Assembly: GCF_004010195.1 (NCBI RefSeq)
Contig: NC_057749.1
Coordinates: 26,397,056-26,460,590, forward strand
Origin: Chiloscyllium plagiosum
Taxonomy: Eukaryota
Reading direction: 5' to 3'
DNA: 63,535 nt
Below are positions 42,601-54,600 of the stretch, piece by piece. The notes under the pieces were generated by a model that saw only the letters and a list, made by a program, of their open reading frames with translations, did not search any database and had not been told where the DNA came from. Made by a program: the position numbers and the translations under genes. Each line of letters begins with the position of its first letter. Positions within the stretch are counted from its first letter, which is position 1.

Positions 42601-45600
42601 GGTTGCTTCCCTCAACCTCCTCATCCAAGTCATTTATAAAAACTATAAAGAGCATAGGCCCAAGAACAGAGCCCTGCGGGACCCCACTCAACACTGACCT
42701 TCAGGCAGGATACTTACCATCTACAACCACTCTTTGCCTTCTGTCAACCAGCCAAATCTGAATCCAGATAGCCAAATCTCCCTGTATCCCATACTTCCTG
42801 ACTTTATGAATGAGCCTACCATGGGGAACCCTATCAAATGCCTTGCTGAAATCCATATACACCACATCCACTGCTCAACTGTTGTTGACCTGTCTTGTCA
42901 CCTCCTCAAAGAATTCAATAAGATCTGTGAGGCATGACCTGCCCCTCACAAAGCCATGCTAACTGCCTTTAATCACACTATGCTTTGCCAAATAGTCATA
43001 AATCCTATCCCTCAGAATTCTTTCCAAAACTTTGCTGACGACAGACCTAAGACTAACTGGTGTGTAATTGCCAGGGATTTCCCTATTACCCTTCTTGAAA
43101 AGAGGAACAACATTCGCCTCCTTCCAATCCTCTGGTACGACTCCCTTTACTATGTGTCAGGTGGCACTGTAGCCATGCTCCTCTGAAGGCGTCACTGCCA
43201 CACCGGAACCCATTCACCACCTTCCCACTGAAGAGTTCTCTTCATCAGGTAAGGTTTAGTAAAAAAGATAAAGAGAAAAAAGCAGACGATTAAGACAAGC
43301 CCAGGCACAGGAGACTAGACACTGCTTAATCTGCTACTGCAATCCTGAGAGAAAGCCTGAGGCTTCCCACAACTAATTCAGATGGCAGTAGCAGAACACC
43401 CATGTTTGGGGCTTGTGACCTAAATTGAACAATCATGAAATCTTCTTCTCTTATTTCATAGGGAATGAAAACAAAGGAACTAAAGAAAGAGGAAGGTCAT
43501 TTTGGCTTTAGTCCTTTGTCAGATTTATGCTCCACCTGAAACATTAACTTGACTCTTTAAGATTAAGATAAAACAAATTTCAGGCATTTTATATTAAAAG
43601 TATTTCCAACATTCAACATTTTGCTTTCCGGTTCCACCAGAATACAGACATAATCCTTGAGACAGAGTTACTCACTGGCGTATGCAGCGATATAGTGCAT
43701 CCCTGCTCTCCAAAATACAATGTGGTTGTGCTGCCTCGACACCCTGCTTTTTCAGGTAATTTTGATCAATTAACTCAAAGTCATGCAGAGTCCATGGGGG
43801 AGACAGTCCATCTCCATAGATTGTTACCTGTTAAGCCAATCACATTGAAGAGAGTTCTAACTTAGGTTTACATTTTGCTGACATTCAAATTAAGAATGGC
43901 CCATTTTAATGGGATGAAAAATTCATTGACTATATTAAGCCAAGGCTGAGATGCTTATTGGTGAATCAAAAACCATTGGAACCTTTCAAATAAGAATTCT
44001 GTACCTAAATCCAATACTAATGCTAAAAAACAATGATTTGGAGATGCCGATGTTGGACTGGGGTGTACAAAGTTAAAATCACAACATCAGTTTATAGTCC
44101 AACAGGTTTAATTGGAAGCACACTAGCTTTCGAAGCGTCGCTCCTTCATCAGGTGATAGTCAACTACCACCTTAAGAAAGCTAGTGTGCTTCCAATTAAA
44201 CCTGTTGGACTATAAACTGGTGTTGTGTGATTTTTAACTAAAAAAACGATGGTCTGGAAATCTGATCTAACCCCTTTATCATAATGGTTATGCCTTATGT
44301 GCTCCCAATATTAGTTCTTAGCTCACATTAAAATTAAGCTGGCAGCAACCCTGCAGACAGTTAATTAGGGAAGGCACTCAGCTCAGAATCCAGAATCAGC
44401 TATTAAAAAAACCTGCAAGATCGTTCGCTATTCTCTTCCACCAGTTGCCTCCAACCAGTGATAGCGAAAGACAGGATGATGGGAGGGCCAACTGCCTGTA
44501 TCTTCCGCAAAGAACTGAAAGAATCGGGAAATAAGGAGATTGGTGAACAGGAGATCTTGGAAGAAGCAAAAGGAACATCCCCTCATTGAATCCTGTGGAT
44601 TTAGTGTTATTGAACAGTGTTTCCCTTTCATCCACAATATGTATGCTGATTTTTGCCTAGGTCTGTGTATGTGTGTGCGCTAAGAAATGGGTTAGGGTTT
44701 CAGTTAATACAATGGTGTTGATAATCTATAGCTTTGTTTGCCTGGGGGTAAAACTGATTTCTTTCCAATTAACAGTAATTAATACAGAAACCTAGTCACA
44801 GTTCCTGTTAGCCCAAATTCATCAGGCAGGAAAATTAGGGACTGTGTGTAATTTGATTAAATCTTTAATTTTTGTGATGACCCTGGGAGGAGTGGGGCTT
44901 GAGTCTCAGCAACATATTCTCAATCGAGTCATGACAATGATGAATGGTTAATATTTGGAATGTACTGCCTAAGGTGGTGGTAAAAACACATTTCTTCATC
45001 ATTTTCAGAAGGGAACTGGATTCATGTTTGAGAGTAGAAATTGTAGAGATGTAGACAAAGAGCATGAAAGTGGAAATAACTGGATTTTTCTGAAGTAACT
45101 GCACAAACTCAAGAAAAATGTTCTCCTTTTGTACTGTGCAATAATCTTATGTCAATAAATCCAATAAATAAATATTTTTATACAGAGTAATGGCAACGTG
45201 GTATTTGATATCACAAGGAACAGTTGAGATGAATAATAGACTAAGGAGAAAGCGAGGACTGCAGGTGCTCGAGATCAGAGTCGAGAGTGTGGTGCTGGAA
45301 AAGCACAGCAGGTCAGGCAGCATTCGAAAAGCAGGAAAATCAATGTTTCGGGCATTAGCCCTTCATCAGGGATTCCTGATGAAGGGCTTACGCCCGAAAT
45401 GTCGAATCTCTTACTCCTCGGATACGGATTGACCTGCTGTGCTTTTCCAGCACCACATCCTTAAGGGGAAACGAGATAAATATAAACATGTCAGAAAGGA
45501 ATAGAAGGACATTCTCACAGAGATATTTTACAGCTGTAGCTAGACCCTCTTATTTTTCTACATCATCCTGCCTTGCAATAAAAAAAAACACTCATTTGTC

Positions 45601-48600
45601 TTCTCAATTTCTTCCTGTACCAGTGTTAAAGTTTTGTACTTCCTGTATGAGGATACCCAGATGCAGCAATACTGCACAATTCTGAGCTTTGTATTTAAGT
45701 AACATTCTGCTTTCTATTTTTACTTACCAGCTAGATAACCTTACAATTTTCCATATTATCATCTATCTGCCAAATGTTAGCCCAAAACCTTGTATATGAC
45801 AAAGCAAGGTTTAACAGATTACTCTCAGGAAGTTATCAAATGTTATCCAAAAAAGGCAGATAAATGCAGTTGAAGTATGATCAGCGTAATCAAATCTCAC
45901 CCTAAACCTATGCCATCTAATTCTGGACTCCCCCACCCCAGGGAAAAGACTTTGTCTATTTATCCTATTTATGCCCCTCATGATTTTATAAACTTCTATA
46001 AGATCGCCCCTCAGCCTCTGACGCTCCAGGAAAAAGTCCCAGCCTATTCAACCTCTCCCTATAGCTCAAATCCTCTAAACCTGGCAACATCCTTGTAAAT
46101 CCTTTCTGAACACTTTCAAGTTTCACAACATCTTCCAAACTAACAGTGAAGAGTATTCAGTTTCTGCTCATCTACCTCATTGTTGAAGGTAACCAAAGCG
46201 ACTCTTGTCCGAGGTGATGTTTCAAAAAGATAATCGAGCGACTGAATTATAGCCTCTTGTACAGCCTGTAAGACAGCATCACAAATGAACAATTTGAAGT
46301 GAGTGCTTCATGCCAGAATTATGGTGCTTAGGCACTTCCTTTCTGTTCTGCAATTTGAAGGTAAAGTTTCACAACATGTTTTGCTTTCAAAGAATCTCAC
46401 AATCACAAGTAGAAAAGAGGCTCTTTGTCTCAACAAATCTGCACCAACAAAAAATAACCCAAATCCATACTAGGACCATTTATCAGCATTTGGTCCATAT
46501 GTTATGACACTTCAAGTGCTCATCTGAGTACTTTTTTTTAAAAAAGGTTGGGAGGTTTCTGGCCTCAACTACCCTCCCAGGCAGTGCATTCCAGAACCCC
46601 ACCATTCTCTGGATTAAAAAAAAAGCTTTCTGCCTCAAATACCCTTTAACCTTCCTACCTTTCACTTTAAATTTATGCTCCTTTATTGTTCACCCTTCGC
46701 CTAAGGAGAACAGGTGCTGTCCATGCCTCTGGAGCTCAGCTTACTCTGCTCTAAAGAAAACAACCCAAATCTATCCAGCCTCTCTTCATCACTGAAATGC
46801 TCCATCCCAGGCAACTTCCTGATGAATCTCCCTTGCGCCCCCTCCAAGACAATCATATCCTTCTTGTGGAGTGGCAACAAGAACTGTACATATTACAGGT
46901 AGTTCTTCTCCCACGTGATGGTTGCATTCTTGTGCAACTCCGTATTATAGACAAATTGCACTCTAGAAACAGCACTTAAAGTGTTAGTGATGTAATCATG
47001 TCACAGCCAACACACATTTTAAAAGTCTGCACTTTAGAAACAGTGTCCTGGACTCATCAATTGCATTACAGCTAATTTGTGTTAATGAACCATGCATTGT
47101 AGCAGAACAGCCTGTTTACCAGATGCAGCCTAAGCAAAGTCCTGTTCAGCTCCAACATAATCTCCCTGCTCTTATAATCTTTGCCATGACTGATAAAGGC
47201 AAGTGTCCCATATGTGTTTTTAATTAGGGGAGAAAGTGAGGTCTGCAGATGCTGGAGATCAGAGCTGGTGCCCGAAATGTCGATTCTCCTGTTCCCTGGA
47301 TGCTGCCTGACCTGCTGCGCTTTTCCAGCAACACATTTCCAGCTGTGTTTTTAATTACCCTATTAATCTGTTCTGCCACCCTCAGGGATCTGTGGACACG
47401 CATCTTAAGACCTCCTCTGTTCCTCTGAGCTTCCTTGCATCCTGCCATTTATTGAGTACTTCCTTAAGTACTTATGTCTTCCAAAGTGCATCACCTCACA
47501 ATGCTCAGGACTAAATTCCATCTGGTACTGATCTGCCCACCTTATCAATCCATCGGGCATCACTGATTGGGCCAATATTTATTACGCTGAAGGTGGTGAT
47601 GGCGATCTACCTTGGGACATTGAACCACTGCAGTCCTCAGGCTGCCTTAGTTCCGAGGCAATTTTTAATATAAGGTTGCCATAGTTGTGGGTATGTTCAC
47701 TGAGCTGGCAAGTTGATTTGTAGATGTTTCGTCCCCTGTCTAAGTGACATTTTCAGCACTTTGGAGCCTCCTGTAATGCGCTGCTGTACTGTGTCTTCTA
47801 CTGTTGTTCATTGTAGTGGCCGGTATATTGGGTCGAGGTCTATGTGCTTGATGATGGAACCAGTGGATGAGTGCCATACTTCTAGGCATTCTCTGGCTCT
47901 CTTAAAGGTACAGTACAACTTTCAACTTCATAACAGGGGCATTGGGAATAAATTTACATTTTAGAAAAGCCATCAGTCCACCTGAGGCAGAAAGATATGT
48001 GCACCACGGGAAGCACAACTACACTCACCATGAATTGGGTTAACACAGAGACAATTAACTAAATTTTCCTAAACAGCATTAAAGTCACGCAACTCTATCC
48101 CCTGAAGAGAGAGAGAAACCACAATCTCATGCTATCTCAGGAAGCACCATTTCCAGCAACACACAGGCCTCATTAGTTGGGCCCATGTATAACTTTCCTG
48201 AATGTACCTATCATTCTACCTTCATGCTTCTACAACTTGTTCAATCTTCCTTGCCACACTCTCACCAAAGCTTTTCCAGGTGTTTAATATGGTTTTTTTC
48301 AATTAATGTGATTTTTTTCTTTGCTATACAGTCCCTTTTATTCTCTACATTCCTTCAGATTTCCCAGCACCAAGCTTTTTCGCTGTGGATTAACTGCAAA
48401 TCTGGCAATCAAACACCATTTGAACTTAAAGAGCAGAATATCAATGGTCTTTCAGACACGGTCTCAATACTGTGATGAGAATGGCAGTATTCAGCACATA
48501 GGTCTGCATATTTTCTGGTTTCAAAATTTGAATGTTTCTTACCTGCAAGCGGGTCATATAGAGCGATTTGCTGCTTCTATTCATCTGTAATTGAACCAAT

Positions 48601-51600
48601 GCTAATAATTAAAACATACAACATAGAAACAAGAACCACTGTCAATCAAAGCCTTCAGAAACTGAATACGTCAGCATTTTGACACGTGAACAATGGTGCA
48701 GAGTCTCAGCACCCTGGGGGAATAGTGTAATATCATCTTGGGTCAAAGGGGGCACAAATCATTTTAGAAACAGTTGAACACATACTCCAGGATGGGGAAC
48801 CCAGAAATTAAAAGCTGGCATGTGAACCCCCAAATGATGACAGTTCTTGAGCCACAATGGGCTGAAAGAGTTCCTGTTTTGTACATTCCTCAGATTATGC
48901 AATTTTAAGATGCAAAGTGAAAGACAGACAGGGAAGTATTTGATAGGGTAAGTCTGGAAATAATGGTTTGGATGAAAGTTCCAGCAGTAGAGGATCTGCA
49001 GTAAACCCAGAATTAGTTAACAATTTGAGGTGGAAATAAGTGATGTTGGTGATGAGCAGCAAATTGCATCAGAAACACATCACAGGACCAAGTAGAACAC
49101 CTAAATACAAACAGCCCAAGTCTGGCTCAAGATTGGGAAAGGGATTAAGGATGGATTGAGTAGGTGAGCAAAAAAACCTTGGTGGATGTAATATAATAAA
49201 GGAAAGTATGCGGTCATGCACTGTTGTAGTAAGAATTAAAAAGGTAGATATTTATTTAAATGGAGAGTAAATCCAAAAAGCTGCAGCACAGAAAGATCTG
49301 CACGTTCTTGTGCGTGAAACACAGAGTTTGCCTGCAAGTGCATCCAGTATATAAAGTGTAATAACCCATACAAGGCCTATGAGAATCGTTGATAAATTTC
49401 CCTGTTCTGCTTAAGTACAAGTTTCCTTGGTAACAAGCAACAGCCTGCCCAGCTGAAACTCATCACCTGAGCACTTTATGAAGCAGACCTGACCAAACCA
49501 GTTTTGGTGTGCTTATCTGCCACTGAGCAGCAGAGATCCCCACTGGAGGGCTCTCTACATATGAGTCCTCCCTTTTTCCATTGGGGACCTGGGGTGGAGG
49601 GGGTTACACACAGCAGTCTCTCACAACTGAAGATTGTGGTAGTTCATGGACTCTCAGCCCAACTGTTTATTTTGCAGTGCTTTGGAGTCCATGGACCAAG
49701 TGTATATTGATTGTGGGCATTTGCACCCGTTTTTAAATTATTTGAAAAGTCTTGTTGCGTTTTTGGTTGCACTTCAGTCCCATGCACCTAATAATTGGGC
49801 ATCCAATGTGGAGGGGCACGGGCTGATTGGAGGACCTCCTCATAGGTCTCCTCCTGGGCCCAGCCAGGCTAGCTATAAACAGGCTGCAGGGGATCATCTC
49901 TGCCGACTGTCTGCCCCTCTACCGTTTGTGCCCAGGTGTCATTGGACAGGGAGCATGCATTGTCCTTCATTGCTTTTGATGCTTTCAGAGAGAGAGAGGT
50001 GTATACCGCGGGCGATACAGTAACCCCCCCCCAACTCCATTCTGATTTAGTGCCTTCCCTCTCTCCTTAATCACCCCTCTTCATGTTTGATGGCTTGCAT
50101 TATCCATCATAGGTTTGGTGCAAATATTCAATTGAATACACAGGTAATATTTTACTGGTGGTGGTCACTAGCTTCTAAAAGAAAAGTAAGTGATTTTGGT
50201 ATTAGGGGTGTTTGTGTGTGACAGCACATCAGGGTAGAAAGGAAACAGAATAAGAAAAACAAAAACAAACACAGGCATTCTTGTGACATGGTAGTAGTGT
50301 TCTTACCTCTGAACTGGGAGGCCCAGGTTCAAGTCTCCCTGTTCCAGACGTGTGTAATAACATCTCTGAACAGGCTGATGTCAAAAAAATGAATCAGACC
50401 CAGCATGGGGGTTTGCTGGTGGCAGTTAGTAGTTTACAAAACAAAAAGTCACTAGGATTTGGTGATGGGAGAGTTGTTCAGTTATGTGTGATGACAGTTC
50501 TAGTTAGAAAGAAGAAAAAGGATGAAGCAGTCCCAGAGTTCTTGTGATACATGGGCTGTATGCCTATCTTTGAGCCAGGAGGCCCGGGTTCAGATCCCAC
50601 CTGCTCCAAAAGGTGTGTAATAGTATCTCTAGAGATACTCTAACTCAGAACCTCTGGCCATGAGTAACCACCACACGCCAACACCTCCCATGAATGTCCA
50701 CCAACAACTATGTATAAACTTTAGTAAATGTCAACATGCTACATCTCCCACCAATGTTACCACAACACAGTCACAACTAACTTAATGGAGCCGTGTTCCT
50801 GAAAAATTGCAAGTATGTGTGAAACAACTTTAAGTAAAAGTTCTTTTCTATTAAAACCATGTAAAAGAGTTAGATTCTGCAGGATCAACCATAAGAGAAA
50901 AAAAATTACATTTTAAAATCCTTGGAGTTGAAATACTTTTCTCCTGTATCATTAAGTAAAATAAGCTTACAGAACATAAAACTATCTGTTTGCAGTAACT
51001 TCCCACACTCACCACACATCCTACTCATTGACCATTCTGATGCTGCAGATTTTTCTTCTCAACAGCTCGCCCAAGTTCTCAGCCTCTGTCAGTCCCTGAC
51101 TCACCACTTCACCAATCCTCACATGAATAGCCTCTAACACATCCTAATCCATACTCTCATTGATTCATCCACCTGCTGAACTCCCTACTCTCCAATCACC
51201 CTGTCCTGAACAATTGCTGTGAGCCACACCTCTGGGAACGAGAGAAGAAAGATAGGTGAAATGGCTTCAAAAATCTTCCTCGACAAAACTGGCTAGCTTT
51301 AAATCACCAGAAACAGCTCTATGCCAAACTGGTGTCACCACAGCAGACAGCATTGGTGTCCAGGTCCGGTCTGATTTCCTGAATGTTCCAAATTTATTAC
51401 CGTGTAACTGTCTCATTGTTGGGATCAGGAAATCCATCACCAAGAGACTTCAGATCAATAACAGGCAGCATAGATCACAAACCCACTTGAAGAGAACCAA
51501 ATTCCTATCAATTGAAACTGCTCCTACTGCTGTGAATCATTTATACCCAGGACCGGTGCTCAGAGCCAGTTTTCAGGAGAGAGAAGCAGCAGGTAGGATA

Positions 51601-54600
51601 AGTCATGGAGTAGAAAAGAGGTCAACGAGAGCAAAGATCATCAAGATGGTGGATAAAGGAGTGGGAGACACTGAGCAGTGTGACTCCGTATCCGGGAGTG
51701 GGAGAGGTGATGAGCAATGAGGTAGGTCAGAGAAGATCAGAGATACATTTTGAGCAGGGAGAAAGTGAGGACTGCAGATGCTGGAGATCAGTGCTCAAAA
51801 ATGTGTTGCTGGAAAAGCACAGCAGGTCAGGCAGCATCAAAGGAGCAGGAGAACAGACATTTCGGGCATAAGCCCTTCTTCAGGAAGCCCTTTCGGGCAT
51901 AAGCCCTTCCTAAAGAAGGGCTTATGCCCGAAACGTCGATTCTCCTTCTCCTTTGATGCTGCCTGACCTGCTGCGCTTTTCCAGCAACACATTTTTGATA
52001 CATTTTGAGCAGCTTGTATCAACCAGTGGGAAACAACATTAAAACAAATCTTAATACTAAGAATGCACATGCCATTAGCTGACCACTTCTAAAAGGAAAA
52101 AACATGAAACAAGGTTGCACTCAGACTCCGAGTCTAATTACCTCAAATGTTACACTCATGCTGCCAGAGATATCAACACAGAACACAACCAGGGAATCAT
52201 CAATATCGTCAGAGGTTATAGGGTTAGGGATATGAACATAAGTCTGATCATCTCTGAAGCATGGTTCATTTGAGCGATAATCCTGAACATTCTGGTTGTT
52301 GCAAAACTCACACGTCCATGTCTGAAAGCAAATAAAATTGTTATTAATTTATGTTGAGGAGGTTGAGATAGCTTACATTAAAAAAAGGTGTATTTGTTTA
52401 AAAGTGGCAACATTAATTCTTAAAACCATCACATTCTTAAGTAAGGAAAAATGCCTCTGTCACATCAAAGGGTCCATAATTAATCCACTCATCTACTCAA
52501 TAGTCCTGCTTCATTCTCTGCTATACAGGTATAATATTTCAAAGTGAAATAAAACTTCCTTAGCTAAAACTACATCTAAACATTCCACACTCGAAGTGAC
52601 TTTGACAATGTGGACCCAGCAGCAGAAGACTCGAATCTGATGTTGGTTTTGGGTCTGGTGTCGGTGCGGGGGCTGGCAAAGGAGTAACGGCCAGTAGAGA
52701 AAGACAGCACCCAAGAATCAGTAACTTCAATGGTGTTTGAGTCCAGTGCAGACAGTGACAAGGCAGTGGAGGAGGGATGGCAGCGCAGACATCATTAATG
52801 ATGAGCTGGCTGAAAACTGATTAACTTTTTTCAAGCTATATCTATTCTTCTTTATTCTTAAATCATTCAAAATGGCACCAAATTGTGACAAATGAAAGCT
52901 TTTCACTGTATTTACAGTATTCTTACTATAAAATACATGTAACAGTAAAATCATTCATTCATTGCAATAATCCACTGAAAAATAATCACTCCAAACGAAC
53001 ACAGTGTATGCAGGGGTAATTTAATAAATATGTTGAAAATACTGTAAAGAGGATTTAATAAGGAGGAAAACAATTCTCCTGCAATAATCATCAACATAAA
53101 CTTAATGATGCTAAATTACAGAGAATCTATTCAGGAGTGAAAACAGGGAGGATTTTTACAATAAAGTGGAATGGAATTCTGTCTTTTAAAAGCTTGGGTA
53201 AACTGAAGGTCAGATGAAAACTTAAGGCTGAGACTCCTGCTCAGTAAGAACAATAGAAAACATGGAACAGATGCGGATAAATTGATCCCAATTCCACATC
53301 AGCCTTGAACCCCTCATCATTGATCATCGTTTTAGTCAGGATATTCTTTTCTCTTCACACCAATCAAAATTATTCATAATTTTAAAAACTTTCATGAAGT
53401 GTCCTCAATATTTTTCTGCGCGAAGTGTGATGCATCTATATTTTGATGTCATTTATGGTGGAGCTTGGATTTTAAAATTAGATTAGATTTCCTACACTAT
53501 GGAAACAGGTTCTTTGGCCCAACAAGTCCACACTGACCCTCCAAAGAGTAACCCACCCAGACCCATTCCCCAATCCTCTAATACACCTAACGCTATTCTG
53601 GATTAGTGGTGCTGGAAAAGCACAGCAGTTCAGGCAGCATCCAAGGAGCTTTGAAATCGACGTTTCGGGCAAAAGCCCTTCATCAGGAATAAAGGCAGTG
53701 AGCCTGAGGAGTGGAGAGATAAGCTAGAGGAGGGTGGGGGTGGGGAGAANNNNNNNNNNNNNNNNNNNNNNNNNNNNNNNNNNNNNNNNNNNNNNNNNNN
53801 NNNNNNNNNNNNNNNNNNNNNNNNNNNNNNNNNNNNNNNNNNNNNNNNNNNNNNNNNNNNNNNNNNNNNNNNNNNNNNNNNNNNNNNNNNNNNNNNNNNN
53901 NNNNNNNNNNNNNNNNNNNNNNNNNNNNNNNNNNNNNNNNNNNNNNNNNNNNNNNNNNNNNNNNNNNNNNNNNNNNNNNNNNNNNNNNNNNNNNNNNNNN
54001 NNNNNNNNNNNNNNNNNNNNNNNNNNNNNNNNNNNNNNNNNNNNNNNNNNNNNNNNNNNNNNNNNNNNNNNNNNNNNNNNNNNNNNNNNNNNNNNNNNNN
54101 NNNNNNNNNNNNNNNNNNNNNNNNNNNNNNNNNNNNNNNNNNNNNNNNNNNNNNNNNNNNNNNNNNNNNNNNNNNNNNNNNNNNNNNNNNNNNNNNNNNN
54201 NNNNNNNNNNNNNNNNNNNNNNNNNNNNNNNNNNNNNNNNNNNNNNNNNNNNNNNNNNNNNNNNNNNNNNNNNNNNNNNNNNNNNNNNNNNNNNNNNNNN
54301 NNNNNNNNNNNNNNNNNNNNNNNNNNNNNNNNNNNNNNNNNNNNNNNNNNNNNNNNNNNNNNNNNNNNNNNNNNNNNNNNNNNNNNNNNNNNNNNNNNNN
54401 NNNNNNNNNNNNNNNNNNNNNNNNNNNNNNNNNNNNNNNNNNNNNNNNNNNNNNNNNNNNNNNNNNNNNNNNNNNNNNNNNNNNNNNNNNNNNNNNNNNN
54501 NNNNNNNNNNNNNNNNNNNNNNNNNNNNNNNNNNNNNNNNNNNNNNNNNNNNNNNNNNNNNNNNNNNNNNNNNNNNNNNNNNNNNNNCATTTCCCCTTCC

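Noticed and set aside
51256..51720. 154-aa + strand ORF
   Set aside because: No recognisable motif, non-ATG start, antisense within an intron; probably chance or a decayed repeat
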